From Octopus vulgaris (lineage: Eukaryota), in contig OX597825.1 in assembly GCA_951406725.2 (NCBI GenBank), forward strand, positions 55,614,001 to 55,678,000: DNA of 64,000 bases, read 5' to 3'. Below the pieces are notes generated by a model that was not told the DNA's origin, searched no databases, and saw only the letters and a program-made list of their open reading frames with translations. The position numbers and the translations under genes were made by a program. Of the stretch, positions 1 through 14,269 are shown piece after piece; the first letter of the stretch is position 1, and each line of letters starts with the position of its first letter.

Positions 1-135
1 TTGATAATGGATCTGTTTGATCAGATCGGACAACAGTGTGAAAGGAAAAAACCTTCAATTCTGAACCAAACATTGCAGTTTTATTGGAGAAGAATTTTTC
101 ACCAAGGGCTACCATCATGTAAAAGTTTAAAAATT

Positions 136-287
136 GCTATATGGTAAGAATTTTGCTTCCCAACCAGATGGTTTTGGGTTCAGTTCCATTGTGTGGCTCT
201 TTGGTCAAGTGTCTTCCACTATAACTTAGACTGCCAAAGCTTTGTGAGTGACCTTGATAGATGGAAACTAAAAGAAACCTGTTATGT
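136..287 (+). mobile_element. tRNA-derived SINE family A, 5' half, decayed
   Basis: Head 'tggtaagaattttgcttcccaaccagatggttttgggttcagttcc', core 'ctttggtcaagtgtcttc', then 'gatggaaactaaaagaa'; matches the other copies in the window. Confidence 0.8.
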
Positions 288-751
288 ATATATATGTTGC
301 TTAAAACGTGAAGATTTAAATAACTCTTATAAATCCTTTAGATTAACTCTGATGAGTGAACTACAGATGATCGTTATGGTTGGAATTAACTCACCCATAC
401 CAACCTATATCTTCTCAAAATGGCCATCAGACTTTGCACCTGCTCAAGATTCCTTTTAAAATCATTTTCATACCAATTTTCTCATCAATTTGGATTACTG
501 CTATATATTCACCATCCTCATACTTTAATATCCTCATTGATTTTAAAACAGACATACAACCTTGCAAGTACATTTCGGTATCTTTTTTATATATATTTAT
601 ATATTTTTATATAATATCTTGTGTATATGAATGCCCCTAAGTATGCTGTGGAGTATTCTGACGCTTTGAAATATATTGAGTGAATTTGAACACTGACCTT
701 TGAAATTTGTTCTCTCTTTCTTGGTTTTATATATATATATATACATATATG

Positions 752-794
<43 letters not shown>

Positions 795-798
<4 letters not shown>

Positions 799-1015
799 CT
801 TGTGCCAGTGTCATGTTAAAAGCATCCACCACATACTATAAAGTGGTTGGCATTAGGGAGGGTATCCATACATAGAAATGAAGCCAAATCAGATTGGAAT
901 CTGGTGCGGCTCTCTGGCTGGCCAGCTCATCAAATTGTCCAAGCCATGCCAGCATAGAAAACAGATGTTTAAGGATGATGATGATGATGATGACGATGAT
1001 GATGATGATGATGAC
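795..1015 (+). mobile_element. RTE-LINE 3' UTR fragment (or SINE sharing it) with (GAT)n tail
   Basis: 'aaaagcatccac...gtggttggcattagggagggtatcca...ccatgccagcatagaaaacagatgtttaa(gat)n'; the same block follows RTE C-terminal coding sequence at 36385-36800. Confidence 0.75.
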
Positions 1016-1039
1016 GATAATGTATGTAATGTATGTCTT

Positions 1040-1236
1040 TATGTTTGTACCAGTTACCCCAACACTTGACAACTGGTTTGGTTTGTTTGTGTTTAAGTAA
1101 CTTAGTAGTTCAGCAAATTAGACTGATGGAATGAGTACCAGACTTTGGGAAAAATTACTACTTTAATAAAACCTTTCAAAGCAGAACTCCAGAATGGCCA
1201 CAGTCCAATGACCAAAACAAGTAAAAGATAAAAGAT
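1040..1236 (+). mobile_element. SINE family A, 3' half
   Basis: 'cttgacaactgg...gtaacttag...ctccagaatggccacagtccaatgaccaaaacaagtaaaagataaaaga' tail shared with the full copies. Confidence 0.75.
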
Positions 1237-1469
1237 ATAAAATAACTGTAAATATTGTGAGTTTGAATAAGTTTTTATGTTGTTGGGGAAGAAACAGAAT
1301 CCTCTGTCTTTTCAATGAAGGATAAATTATGAAATACTTGATTCCATTTCTTCACACATCATACTATAAGCATCAACATTCCTTCAGATTCAGTATTTTT
1401 ACCATCTTCTAATTTCTATTTGTTTTGGTTGTTCAATTGTGCTCATGCTGGGTAGCTCAACAAATAAAA

Positions 1470-1797
1470 CCCAGTATTTATTTGTTAGTCTGGTACTTTT
1501 GCCAAACCACTAAGTTACAAGGATGTAAACAAACCAACATTGGTTGTCAAGTGGTGGTGAGAGACAAACATACTACAACTACAAAGAAACATGCACACAT
1601 ACATACATACATATGTGTGTGTGTGCATATGTGAATATATGACGGGCTTCTTTTCAGTTTCTATCTACCAAATCCACTCACAAGGCTCTGGTCAGCCCAG
1701 GGCTATAGTAAAAGACATTTATCCAAGGTGATGCACAGTGGGACTGATCTCATGACCTCATGGTTGGGAAGCAAGTTTCCGAACCACACAACCATGT
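1470..1797 (-). mobile_element. SINE family A
   Basis: Reverse complement of the family A head/core ('ttcagtttctatctaccaaatccactcacaaggc...gggactga'). Confidence 0.8.
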
Positions 1798-3099
1798 GTT
1801 TCAAACAATCAAGATTTGACTATTTTAATGGCTAAATTTAATTTAATTTAATTTATTTCTTTGAAGAGGTGATTGGCTTTAATTTTAAGGGTTAAAGTTT
1901 GAATAATTAATTAATCTACAATTACTCATTTTTAAGTAGGAGTTTATTGTTTTCTTTAGGGGATGTGTTTTCTGTAGCAAGGCATGTGTGTGTGTATGTG
2001 TGTGGTGTGTGCATCTATTATTTATTAAAGACCACACCACAGACCATTTAGTAAAGGAAGGGCACCGGGTTATAACAGCATATTTCCTAAATGATGTGCA
2101 TGTTGGAATGATTTCCTTCTTGTTTTTTTGTGGCTGTTTTTTGCTAACATTTCGTCAAATTATAAAAAGAATTAGGTGAATAATTATGGGAAATTAAGAG
2201 AAATTATGAGAAATTATGAGAAATTATGACAGTAATAGCAAACACAAAATGTGTTTGTATATGAACAAATATAATTTCTAAGTAAATTTTCCCATGTTAG
2301 ACCAAGTGGGAGGTTTGGGACTGCAAAATACAGACATTCAGATTTTTGCTGGAGCAAATTATTATTTTCTCTTTATGTATGATGGTCCTCCCTACTGGTA
2401 ACTCCTGGAAAGAATGGGAGTGGTGCCTAGTTTGGTTTCATTATTAATGTTGATTGAGAGGTCTAGAGAGAAATATTATCCACATCACGTAATATGTATT
2501 CAGTAAAGAAGCTGCATTTATGCAGCCACATGCACCTACACACACACATAGACATACAGACACCTACACACACATACACACACACACATGCATGCACACA
2601 CAAATGATCCATGCACCCTTTTTCCCCTTATGGCTCTTTCAGGGTTGGTTTTTCAATCTTTCTGTATTTTATTTTGTATACTCTCCTCCTTTTCCTACAC
2701 GTAATTATTTTCTTTGTTGTCATCGTCATCATCATCATCATCATCATCATCATCAATATCGTCATCATTCTCATCATCATCATCATCATCTTTTAAAAGT
2801 CCATGTTCGATGCTGGGAATAGTTAGACAGTTTGTGGTGGACAGTATGATTGTGAATAGATAAACATATTAATAAGATAAATTTCAACTCCGTCTGAATT
2901 TCACATTTTGTTATTTGCAATTTGTACAATTTTACGATAATAGAATATTATATATCTGTTGTGTTAACACTAGTACTTTCATACATTGTTCAATCATCAG
3001 GTTTATGTAGGAGTAACGACAGTCATGATCCACAACAGACAACTGTATGCATACATGCATACATACATACATACATACATACATACATACATACATACA

Positions 3100-3159
<60 letters not shown>

Positions 3160-3384
3160 TACAAACACAATCACATATCTATATATACGTACAGATATAC
3201 ATGTTTTCCTTGCCACCAAACTTTCCCCTTATAAACTTCCTTTGCAAGGAAGTTTGTATTCCAGTTGTTTGAAAGCGCAGTGCCAAGAGATATAATGTTC
3301 ACTAGGGATGTAAACATCAGCCCGATATACTTTGTCTTGTACTCTGACAAATCTGCTGATCCACCATCCTTAATAATTTTTAAT

Positions 3385-3672
3385 GTAGGTGCAACATGCC
3401 TGTGTGGTAGGAAGCTTGCTTCTCAACCACATGGTTCCAGGTTCAGTCCCACTGCATGGCACATTCGGCAAGTATCTTCTACTATAGCCTTAGGCCGACC
3501 AAAGCCTTGGGAGTGGATTTGATAAATGGAAACTGAAAAGAAGCCCGTCATATATATATGTATATGTTTGTGTCTGTGCTTGTTCACCCACCATCACTAG
3601 ACAACTGATGTTGGTGTGCTTACGTCCCTGTAACTTATTGGTTTGTCAAAAGAGACCTATACACTGAGTACC
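3385..3672 (+). mobile_element. SINE family A
   Basis: 'tgtgtggtaggaagcttgcttctcaaccacatggttccaggttcagtccc...ggaaactgaaaagaagcccgtc...gtaactta'. Confidence 0.85.
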
Positions 3673-4167
3673 TTAAGAATGAGAACCCAGGTTTGAAATT
3701 TCCCCAAGAGTATATCAGCCAAAACGTGTTAACAACAAACAAGATGAGGACAAATATCCGGCAAATGTAAATAATGTAAATAATGTATGATATTTAATGT
3801 TGATACAATACCACAAATCGTGGAGAAAACATGTGGTCAATTTAATCAACTCATAGTATATTACTGGTACTTATTTGGTCATTATTGGTTTCAGCTGAAT
3901 TTGAAACCAGGATGGAAGCAACACAAATCCTCTAAGTTAAGTACGTTGCCCTCTCTATTACTCTACAGTTTTCTATATATTGTAATTCGATGCTTTATAA
4001 GACTTAAGCATCAGGTGTGTATGTGTACCTGTTTTAGTATGTTTGTGTGTGTGTATACAATGTAAGGTCATATATATATGTATATATATTCATGTATATA
4101 TATATATATGTATACATATATATATATATGTATATGTATATATATTATATGCATATGTATATGTATA

Positions 4168-4226
<59 letters not shown>

Positions 4227-4329
4227 GTATATATATACATATACATATATACATTTAATGCATTATATATATACACATATATACACATACATATATACAT
4301 AAAATGGACGTTAAACAATGATAAGGATG

Positions 4330-4393
<64 letters not shown>

Positions 4394-5332
4394 CACACAC
4401 GTACATGCATATATATACATCACATTTATGGCAATATAAAGGTCTTATAAATATGTTTACATATATGAATGCATTTGTGTGTCTTGCAAGAGAGAGAGAG
4501 AGAGAAAGGGGGGAGAGAGAGAGAGAGAGAGGCAGAGAGTAAGTCATTATTGTTTGATTTGATATTTTTACTGCATTAATAAAGAATTTGATCTTATGAA
4601 CGGAAGCCTAGTAAAAATGCAGAGCTGCATTAATATAAAGTAGTTAGGGGACACTTCTAAAGACATTGAAAGACAATATCAATAATGCTTGGAGCAGTGG
4701 AAGGGGCAGCAGGAGGGAAGTGGAAGTAAAAGTAAAGAAAAAAAAACAAAGACTATTGTTATGTTTCCATATTCTTACCAAATCCTGAAAGCTTCTAATG
4801 ATATGAAGAACTTATTAAAGTACTGATTCATTCTGTAGAATGGACAGAATCTTTAAAGCACCAGTGAAAATGCCTCTGGTGTATATTAAAAGACTCCTTT
4901 TGTTCTGATTTTAAAACTGGATGAGGTCAACTTTGTCTTTTAACCTTATGGATTTAATGAAATACTGTACCAGTAAAATACTGAGGCTGACCTAATATTC
5001 TGTATTAGGTCAGCCTCATTTGTGGCATCATTTTCTATGAAACACCAAGTGGCACTTTGGTGAGTGTCTTGCAGCATAGCCCTGGGTCAACATGTCTTGT
5101 GATTGTAATTTGGTTGATGGAAACTATGCAGAAGCCTTTTGTATATGTGTATGTGTGACTTTAAAAAGGTAACTTCACTCTTTTAAAGACTAGTGTTATG
5201 AGTTCAATTCACAGAGTAATCAACACTGCTCATAGTCATCCTTGCATACACGGCATGTTTCCTACATCTGTCCTCAGCCGAGTGATCCTAATCTTGCAGG
5301 CTTCTGGCTTCTAGTGCCATGTAAAATGCAAC

Positions 5333-5552
5333 TGTTCCAGTGCCATGTAAAAGCACCCAGTGGGTGCTGCTTTAAAATACCCAGTACACTCTGTAAAGTG
5401 GTTGGCATTAAGTAGGACATTCAGCCATAGAAACCATGCCAAAACAAATATGGAGCCTGTGTAGGTCTTCAGCTGGCCAGCTCTTGTCAAACCATCCATC
5501 CCATGCCAGAATGGAAAATGGACATTAAATGATGTTGATGATGATGCTGATA
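5333..5552 (+). mobile_element. RTE 3' UTR fragment with (GAT)n tail
   Basis: Same block as 795-1015 and 36600-36800. Confidence 0.75.
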
Positions 5553-5956
5553 CCATACTTTGTGGCATACAAGTAAAATATTTTAAGCAAAAATCTACAG
5601 CTCCAAAAGGTAAGACAACTTATATACCAATACCATTTTGTAGGACCAAAGGTTCCTTGTGGAATACAGCTGGATCTGGTAAGATAGTGCTGATGTTTGA
5701 ATGCCTACACTGCATGTTTACACTATATGCTACATCAACTTGTATGCTAGAAAATAAGTCAAATGCTGTTTGAATATGGATAACAAAATAGACATCTGTG
5801 TATCATATTCAATGCTGATATACAAATCAACTGTGGTATTTGTCTGGAGATAATAGCATCCATGGACACACTGAATTTAGAAATCACAAAAATACATCAG
5901 TAGCTGATGATCATAGTCCAAAGGTGGCAGTGAAAATACTAGACATATATTTCTAC

Positions 5957-5988
5957 CTTGTGGGTTTTGTCAGTTGCAATTTATCCAT
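5957..5988 (-). CDS. Candidate alternative first coding segment MDKLQLTKPT(R/S), in exon 6061-5957, phase-2 donor
   Basis: Minus strand: acceptor 'atttttattcag|' at 6062, gcaATGG start, ends ACA AG|gtagaa (weak donor). An upstream donor ag|gtatga at 6128 defines a 67-nt intron with ctaat/cttaac branch candidates. Confidence 0.35.
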
Positions 5989-7209
5989 TGCCAGTCACAT
6001 GCTAATTCCAAATAGGAAAACAGTGACTGAAAAATCACTGATGTTGCAATTAGCTGCCCAGCTGAATAAAAATCCGTTAAGTGCCCCAGAAGCAGTATTA
6101 GTTTAAAATAGTCATCTGTTTATCATACCTAATGCAGATTTAAATTCACTATGTCTCAGTCGTCAATCTATCTTCACTGGAGAAAATGGAATCATGTTCC
6201 CCCATATTAAGGGTTTTATATTTTAATGGAAACACACTGAAAAGCCATTAAATCCTGAAAATTGTGCAATCACTGCTGAGATGTCAACACTTGATCAGAC
6301 AAGCCATCATTTCTTAATTTCATTTCTTGTTACTCAAGATTTCTCTCCGTCTTTATGTCTCTTACAGAAGTTATTTCGTGCAGATCTATTCCCCCGTCTA
6401 ATGTATCTCGTTGTTGTTGCCATCACTGTTGTTCTTGTTGTTGTTGTCGTTACCTTGTTGTTGTTGGGATGTCATTGTTGATGTTGTTGCTGTTGTTGTT
6501 AATGTTGCTGTTTCTTCTTTGTCTTCTATTCCTACTTCTCCATCTTCTTTTCTACTTCTTTCCCCTCTTTCCATCCCTCTCTTCTTCCTCCTCCTGTTCT
6601 TCCTCTCCTACCTCTCCTCCTCCATTCCCCTTCCTCCTCCTCCTCCTCCTTCTTCTTCTTCTACCTCTCTACAAAACCAATCTATTCCCCATCTACATCT
6701 CCACCATCTCCAACTCCAGCATATGTACCTTCTCACACCATAATCTGCCGAAATTTTAAGTCAGAGAGAAACAAAACCCAATCTATTTGATGATGTCAAG
6801 TAAAAACACCAGCAAAGATTCGTTTATCACAACGACCTCTCGTAAGTAAGTACTTCTATCTAACTGTCATACATAAACACTACCAAAGATATAGATTGGC
6901 AAACTGGCACTACTTCCGACAGCCAGACCCATCATCATATGTACGCCGTGTCTTTCACAGTTATTCATTTACCATATTATTAGCTAGTACGCGAGCAACA
7001 TACCGAGACAAAACCGGTCATTTAAATTATTGTTTCCAGACATCTTATACTTGCTGTATTTACTCTTTACGTTATAAACTCACATTAAATATATTTATCG
7101 AAGAACAACTGGGGAAACTGAAAGAAGTAGGAAGAAGACCAAACAATGAGAAACCATTTCAGACTGTTTACACATTTCTTGAGCAAAAAAAAAAGAAATA
7201 CAAAAATAA

Positions 7210-7281
7210 GGCTACTACTACTACTACTGCTGCTACTGTTGTTGCTGCTACTATGACTACTGCTACCATCCCTACTACTAT

Positions 7282-7365
<84 letters not shown>

Positions 7366-7494
7366 TAATAATAATGCTGCTACTACTACTGCTACTACTA
7401 CTATTGTCACCACTACAACTACTACTACCACCACCTTCCCTACTCCCACCACTACTACTACTACTACTACTATTACTACTACTACTACAACTAT

Positions 7495-7528
<34 letters not shown>

Positions 7529-7540
7529 ACTTCTACTGCC
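7210..7540 (+). repeat. Compound (ACT)n/(AAT)n/(GCT)n microsatellite
   Basis: Direct reading; explains the poly-T/N/A part of the 6896-7648 ORF. Confidence 0.95.
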
Positions 7541-7922
7541 AACTGCTATTCAAGATTGAAATATGATGAAAGCATTATGTATATTTATCTATGTGCGTGT
7601 GTGTGTGTGTTTGTCCTCCACCACAATGTGTTGTCACATCTTCCATGAGGGCAGTGACTAAACACTTCACTCCTTGAATTTAGGAAGGTCCCTGGATCGA
7701 GCTAATTTTTTAGGATCATTGCCCTGCTGATTAAGACTGTATTCTTACTACCATTAGTAAAGAGATTATGTGCCTCCACCCAGCAGGTTTGGTAAGTCAC
7801 CTATATTACTAAGAGCAATAATGATTCCGTATTTCAGCATAAGACTAGCAATTTCAGGGAAGAGAGAACTTTAATTGCATATGACCCCAGTTATCAACCC
7901 TGAAAGGATACAAGGCAAATCT

Positions 7923-8072
7923 TGGCAGAGGAGTGGCTGTGTGGTAAGTAGCTTGCTTACCAACCACATGGTTCCGGGTTCAGTCCCACTGTGTGGCACC
8001 TTGGGCAAGTGTCTTCTATTATAGCCTTGTAAGTGGATTTGGTAGATGGAAACTGAAAGAAGCCTGTTGTAT
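7923..8072 (+). mobile_element. SINE family A, 5' half
   Basis: 'ggagtggctgtgtggtaagtagcttgcttaccaaccacatggttccgggttcagtcccactgtgtggcaccttgggcaagtgtc' with A/B-box-like motifs. Confidence 0.9.
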
Positions 8073-8287
8073 ATATATATATATATATATTTGGGGTGTC
8101 CATAAATTACAGACATCACTAAATATATCCCCCAATGGTTGTTATATTTTTTGATAACATAATAGGTTAGATAGAATGATGTCTATATTACAATATTACA
8201 ATAACTAATATGTTGTGCATGTACAGTAATATTATGATCATGGAATTAGCATTAGCTTATATCAGTCTCTCTCTCTCTCTCTCTCTT

Positions 8288-8340
8288 GTGGAACCCCTAG
8301 GAACCTTTTGCGCAATACCAGTTGAGAAACATTGCTCTAA
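8288..8340. mobile_element. hAT/Charlie-type MITE terminus
   Basis: 'ggaacccctaggaacc...ccagttgagaaacattg' resembles the reverse complement of CAGTGTTTCTCAAC TIRs. Confidence 0.45.
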
Positions 8341-8629
8341 AGAATGAACAGTAAATTCTTCCTCTGAGAAATTCGAAATCAGAATGTGAAGCCAAAAGAA
8401 ATACAGCTATCTATTTTTCCTGGTGTGGTCACATTGCTGTCACCTTATTGGATATCTGAATGTTTCAATAATGGATTCTTAGAGAAAGTGGCAGACACAC
8501 ACGCACACACACACACATACATACACACTGCACATGTAAATACATGCGTGTGTGTGTGTGGGTGTGTGCACACGTGTTTTGTACAAACATCTGTCCCTAT
8601 AAGCCAATAATGTACAGATGCCTCCTTAC

Positions 8630-8643
8630 CTCATCTTGCTCAT
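8630..8643 (-). CDS. Candidate start-codon segment MSKM(R/S), in 41-nt exon 8670-8630, phase-2 donor
   Basis: Minus: 'ttttatcttgtcag|...cattaaaATGAGCAAGATGAG|gtaagg'. Canonical acceptor and strong donor; all three frames are closed upstream of the aaaATG. Confidence 0.45.
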
Positions 8644-8713
8644 TTTAATGTATCATGAGATGGCTATCATCTGACAAGATAAAACCATCCTCATCATATA
8701 CATTTGTGTGCAT

Positions 8714-8774
<61 letters not shown>

Positions 8775-9251
8775 TATAAGAGACAGACAGAGAGGGCTCT
8801 TGTGTTTTGTATCCTGTGTAGTATGCATGCATTTGTGGCTTTGATTGCTGTTTTCTTTACTTGAATTAATGCTTCTTTCTGTTCTGTCCCAGCTTTATCC
8901 TTTTCCGATACATTGTTGCGCACCTGAGCACTATATACAATAAGCTCATAATATGTAACATGCGTGTGTATGTGAGTGTACATTTGTATGTGTCTGCATG
9001 TATATAAATATATATATATATATATATATCAGTAGAGACTATGTCAATTTGATGGATGGAGTGAACCAATGTGCATCACAAACATTTGATCACTGTGAAA
9101 AAATCATCTGTGAAGGTTGTTTGGTAAAAAATTACAGAACCCTCATATGTCTTTCTATGACAGGAGAGTCCGTGGAATACATGCACACACATACACACAC
9201 ATTTAGACACACATACATATATAGATATATACACATATATACATGTGTATG

Positions 9252-9307
<56 letters not shown>

Positions 9308-9339
9308 CATATGAAAATATATATGAGTATATATGTATA

Positions 9340-9374
<35 letters not shown>

Positions 9375-9673
9375 GGGTTTGTATGATTGTGTATAGAGGG
9401 ATATATATTATTCAAAGGAATTCCAACTCTGCCTGTTTTTTATGTTTTATTTATATTCTTTATAATATTAATTAGAATATAGAATATATAGTATAAATAG
9501 TATATATAGTAAAATGAAATGAAGTATTGATTGTCTTATTGAATAGATGAAATATTGAACATCAAATATTAAGGGACTAATATTTATGTATATATGAATA
9601 TATATATTTCTAAATATATGTATACACACATATATTTATAAATATACACACACACACATATATTTATAAATAT

Positions 9674-9723
<50 letters not shown>

Positions 9724-10075
9724 ATGCTCACACATACACACATATATATGAATACATGTATATCTCTGTATATGTATATGTGTGTGTGTTTGTTATTTTT
9801 AATCATATGTTTTACAAGATTCCAGATGTGAAATCACGTGCTGAAACAGATATTCTTATATATTAACGACATGCACTATTTACTTGTTCTCCACTTATGC
9901 TTTACTATTGTTATCAAGAGACCTGGGAGGAAGAGTCACTGAAGAGGTCACTGGAGGTGTGATGAAAAGTTTCAGACAAAGCACTCTAAGATAGGAATAA
10001 TAATACAGTCGAAGTGAAGAATAAGTCTATAGTGCATGTGTTTATTTGGCAAAAGAAATATGGATAAACACAGAA

Positions 10076-10122
<47 letters not shown>

Positions 10123-10129
10123 ACACACG

Positions 10130-10159
<30 letters not shown>

Positions 10160-10163
<4 letters not shown>

Positions 10164-10313
10164 ATGAAATTCTTTTAGTTTCTGTCAACCAAATCAACTC
10201 TCAAAGCTTTGGTCAGACTGGAACATGAGTAGAGGACACTTGCTCAGGTGCCATAGAGCCAAACTGAATCTGGAATCATGTGGTTTGGAAGCAAGCTTCT
10301 TACCACACAGTCA
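10160..10313 (-). mobile_element. SINE family A, 5' half, decayed
   Basis: 'ttagtttctgtcaaccaaatc...ggacacttgctcaggtgcc...cttcttaccacacagtcac'. Confidence 0.75.
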
Positions 10314-10649
10314 CGATAATGATGGTGTTAGTGGTGATGTTGTTGATGATGAGGATGATGTCCATGGTGGTGGTGGTGGTGCCAGTTGTAGTGATAATGA
10401 CGATGATGATGATGATGAGAATGAGGTTGATGAGGATAATGATAACAGGGATGATGATTCGGAATAGGAGGAGGAGGACGATGATGGGGGTTGGCAATGA
10501 TGACAAAGACAGTGGTAAAGATGATGTCACAGCTGCAGCCAGCTATCATGACAGAATCTACAATGAAGATGACGATATGAATACTGTTGCTGATGGTGAC
10601 GATGCTATATTGGAAGCCGACAAACTGAGTCTTGAACTACAATGATATT

Positions 10650-10843
10650 CCTTCCTACTTTAGGCACAAGGCCCGAAATTTTTGGGGAGGCAGGGCCAGT
10701 CATATTAGATCAACCCCAGTATACAACTGGCACTTAATTTTTTGACCCCAAAAGGATGAAAGGCAAAGTCGACTTCAGCAGAATTTGAACTCAGAATGTA
10801 AAGACACACATGGCATGCTAACATTTCTGCTAGCTTGCTGTCT
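10650..10843 (-). mobile_element. SINE family B with 18-bp TSD
   Basis: 'aaggatgaaaggcaaagtcgac...gaatttgaactcagaa' core; TSD ttgaactacaatgatatt at 10632-10649 and 10844-10861. Confidence 0.9.
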
Positions 10844-11263
10844 TTGAACTACAATGATATTGATGAGATTGAAAGCTATACCTGGCATAAACATATTACT
10901 GTTTATAAAGGATAAAACTGTAAAGTCCTTCCTTTCTATTAGTGGGTGGGGGGCATGTTTTTACTGCTCTGCTGAGGTAGTTATATGAATATGGACAGCA
11001 TGTAGAATACATATGACCCAACAATATTGAATTAATGTAATACGAATGAGGTGATAAAATGAAAATTAATATTAAACAGGAAATATATTTAATTTACTAT
11101 CCCAAACTCAACATCCTGTGTGAATATAGAGTACATATTTATACACATGTATGAATAAATATATGTTGAATGCTTTAGTTTTACATACATACATACATAT
11201 ATATATATATACATATAATATATAGTTTATACACACACACATATGTGTATATATACATATATA

Positions 11264-11320
<57 letters not shown>

Positions 11321-12307
11321 AATATACATTATTTATATAAGTGCATGTATGTATGTATATAAATATCTGTTTATATCTGTCTGTCTGTCTTTATAGATAT
11401 ATATAGACACACACACGCATGCACACATACACACACACACACACACACATATACATATATATATATGTACGTGTGTATATGTATATATATATATATATAT
11501 ACACATATGTATATATATATATGTGTGTATATACATATATATATATATATACATATATAGCAAGAATGTAAACCAAAGTAAAAGAGTGGAATATAAGTAC
11601 ATTGGTTTTATTGACGGCCTGTCGAAACTAGCATCTACGCCCCCCCACCTGCTCCTTCCACATATTGTTGTTATTGTTATTGTTGCTACCATTGTTGCTC
11701 TTGTTCCTCATGTTGTTGTTTTTGTTGTTGTTGTTGCGTGGTAAGGGAAATATGAACCCATGTTTGAAAGCAATTATTGCAAGCCTAAGAAGATAATCCC
11801 TTTTGCAAGACATGTCTATTTAAAATAATCTGCTAAACAGGATAAATAAAACAACAACAACAACAACAACAACAATAACGACGACGACGACGACCACAAT
11901 AGTAAAAATAATGACGATGATGATGTTGGAGATGGTGTTGGTGATGACGACGACGATGATGATGTTGATGATGGGAAGAAAAAGAAATGGAGAAAATGTT
12001 TTTTTTTGAAACAAGCAAGTAAATCTTTGTACTTTAGTAAAGTGAAATACAGAGATGTGTGTATATATATATACATACTTTTCATATGTACATGCATATG
12101 TATATATGTATATATATACACATTTATATGTACGTATATGCATATGCATATACGTACATATAAATGTGTGTGTATATATATATATGTATATATAAATAGA
12201 TAGATATACATATATATATATATATGTCTCTCTCTCTATATATATGTATATATATATGTATGTATGTATGTATGCTTCTATACTCATGCACGTGTGTAAA
12301 TTTATAT

Positions 12308-12365
<58 letters not shown>

Positions 12366-12799
12366 GTGCATACACACAGATATATATACATATATATTTG
12401 TGTTTCTTGGAGTGTTGTTCATGGAGTGTTGTAAAACTTGTCCAAGTTGCTTAAGTCTGGAAGTCAACATGAAGATACAGATGTGAATGTTGAAAGGGAG
12501 AACTAAGAATGGTAGTGGAGATGAGGTGGAAGATATTTTGGTAAAATGTCAGTGAAGAAAAAAGAAAAGAATAAGCTGTAGCATCATCAGCATCATTGTC
12601 CTCATCACCATCATCATCATCATCATCATCGTCATCATCATTATTATCATTGTCATCATCTTCATCATCACAACTATCATCATTTTCATCATCATCATCA
12701 TTGTCATTACCAATACCATCGTCATCACAACCGCCTCAGCACCACCACCACCATCATCATTGTCGTCATTATCATTATCATCATTATCATCATCACTAC

Positions 12800-13142
12800 T
12801 CTTCGTTAAATGCCATGAAAGATCAGAGACTAGCAAAATTGTGGCGTCTCTATGGTCCCCTGATAAATACGTGTCTCTAAGTTGACAGTAAGAATGGCAA
12901 GAACATATCACTTTTGGGGTAACAGGGTATTCTGCGATTGTATAGGGGTCAATGTCTGCAAATCCCTATATACCAAGTTACCTCTCTTTTCACTTTTTTA
13001 TTGTTTTTGGTGTAGTTATTTTGTTGCATTTTATTGTTTTTGCTATAAAATAATTGTTGATTTCACCCTTTTACTCAACATAAATGTACAGACTTGTATT
13101 GTTCCCAATGTTTTTTGCCCTTGTGGCTAATAAAATAAATCT
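12800..13142 (+). mobile_element. Probable L1/Tx1-like LINE 3' end
   Basis: Short ORF end (...LAKLWRLYGPLINTCL*), T-rich 3' UTR and terminal 'gcccttgtggctaataaaataaatc', similar to the SINE-B tail 'gccccttgtgggcaata..gaaata'. Confidence 0.4.
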
Positions 13143-13312
13143 TTATTTTTCTTTATGTTGTTGCTTTGGTTGTTGTTATGAGCTGTCTTCTTCCTTGTTT
13201 TCAGTTTTCTATTGGCCAACTTAGTGTCATTTTTAATAACTATGTGTCAAATTGATGGGATTCATGTTTGCTATGACTTATATATTGCTGCTTCTGCTAC
13301 TGCTGCTGCTGC

Positions 13313-13346
<34 letters not shown>

Positions 13347-13687
13347 GATGTTGATGTTGTGCAGACTGAAATTGTGTTAGTATATGTGACTGGACTATAA
13401 CTGCAATAAGTATGAATCTTTGCTGGACGGAATGCAAACATGTGTGTCTAACTCATAAATATTTGCATTAAGGTATGCGTGGGCTTGTGTTTATGTGTAT
13501 ATATATACTTGCATCTATGCATCTATTTATGCATGCAAATATGCACAACGCACCACCACAGATGTCTAGTTGAGAGAGTGAAGAACAGACTCATCTGCAA
13601 TTTGTCTTCGCAATAGAAATTATAGTCAAATAACTCACTCTTTTTAAACAACTCATAAAATGATTTAAATTTTGAATTATGCTCTAA

Positions 13688-13905
13688 CCCTTTCACATTT
13701 AGATGATTCTGTCAAATATATTTCTTATTTATTCACATTTGGAATTAATCATGCATTAGCTTATAGCTTGCAGATTTCAAGGATGTGTTTGTATATTTTT
13801 AGAAAGACTTTGTAGGGTTGGTGTGAGAGGTTGAATCTGGTCCATTTTAACATAAAACGGGTCAAATATTTTGGGCCGGGTATGGCCGGATTAAAAGCTA
13901 AAGGA
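13688..13905. mobile_element. piggyBac-like MITE
   Basis: Ends ctaa|ccctttcacattta ... taaaagctaaagga|ttaa: imperfect CCCTTT TIRs with TTAA-like flanks. Confidence 0.6.
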
Positions 13906-14269
13906 TTAAAATCGAAAGATCTGTAATGGTGGTCCTGCATTAAGTGAAATAAGTATATATATGTTTTGATTGAATTGCAGTGAATTCTGTTGCAAGAATA
14001 TGTGTACACACACACACACATACACACACACACACACGCACATATATATATACATCTGTATATATGTATGTATGTATATATATATAAATATATATAACAG
14101 AAGGCGCTGCCCCAACATGGCCACAGTCTAATGACTGATACAAGTAAATGGAAAAACTGATATATATATGTGTGTGTGTATATGTATAAATATTATACAT
14201 ATATAAATATCATCATCACTTATCATCCATTTTCCATGCTAGCATGAGCAAAATTGCAATCATGGCAGA

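Noticed and set aside
1-147. Open frames on both strands at the window start
   Set aside because: Short, no splice signals or recognisable motif, and runs into a SINE.
395-427. Minus-strand ATG-to-gtgagt mini-exon (MAILRRYRLVW) as the common downstream exon
   Set aside because: Phase 0, no polypyrimidine acceptor and upstream stops, so it does not fit the phase-2 set.
5644-5678. Plus-strand 35-nt exon (tttgtag|...|gtaaga)
   Set aside because: Isolated splice-like signals with no partner exons or recognisable peptide; expected by chance.
6896-7648. 250-aa mucin-like ORF
   Set aside because: TTG start; the second half is a compound microsatellite and the first half looks like promoter or UTR sequence.
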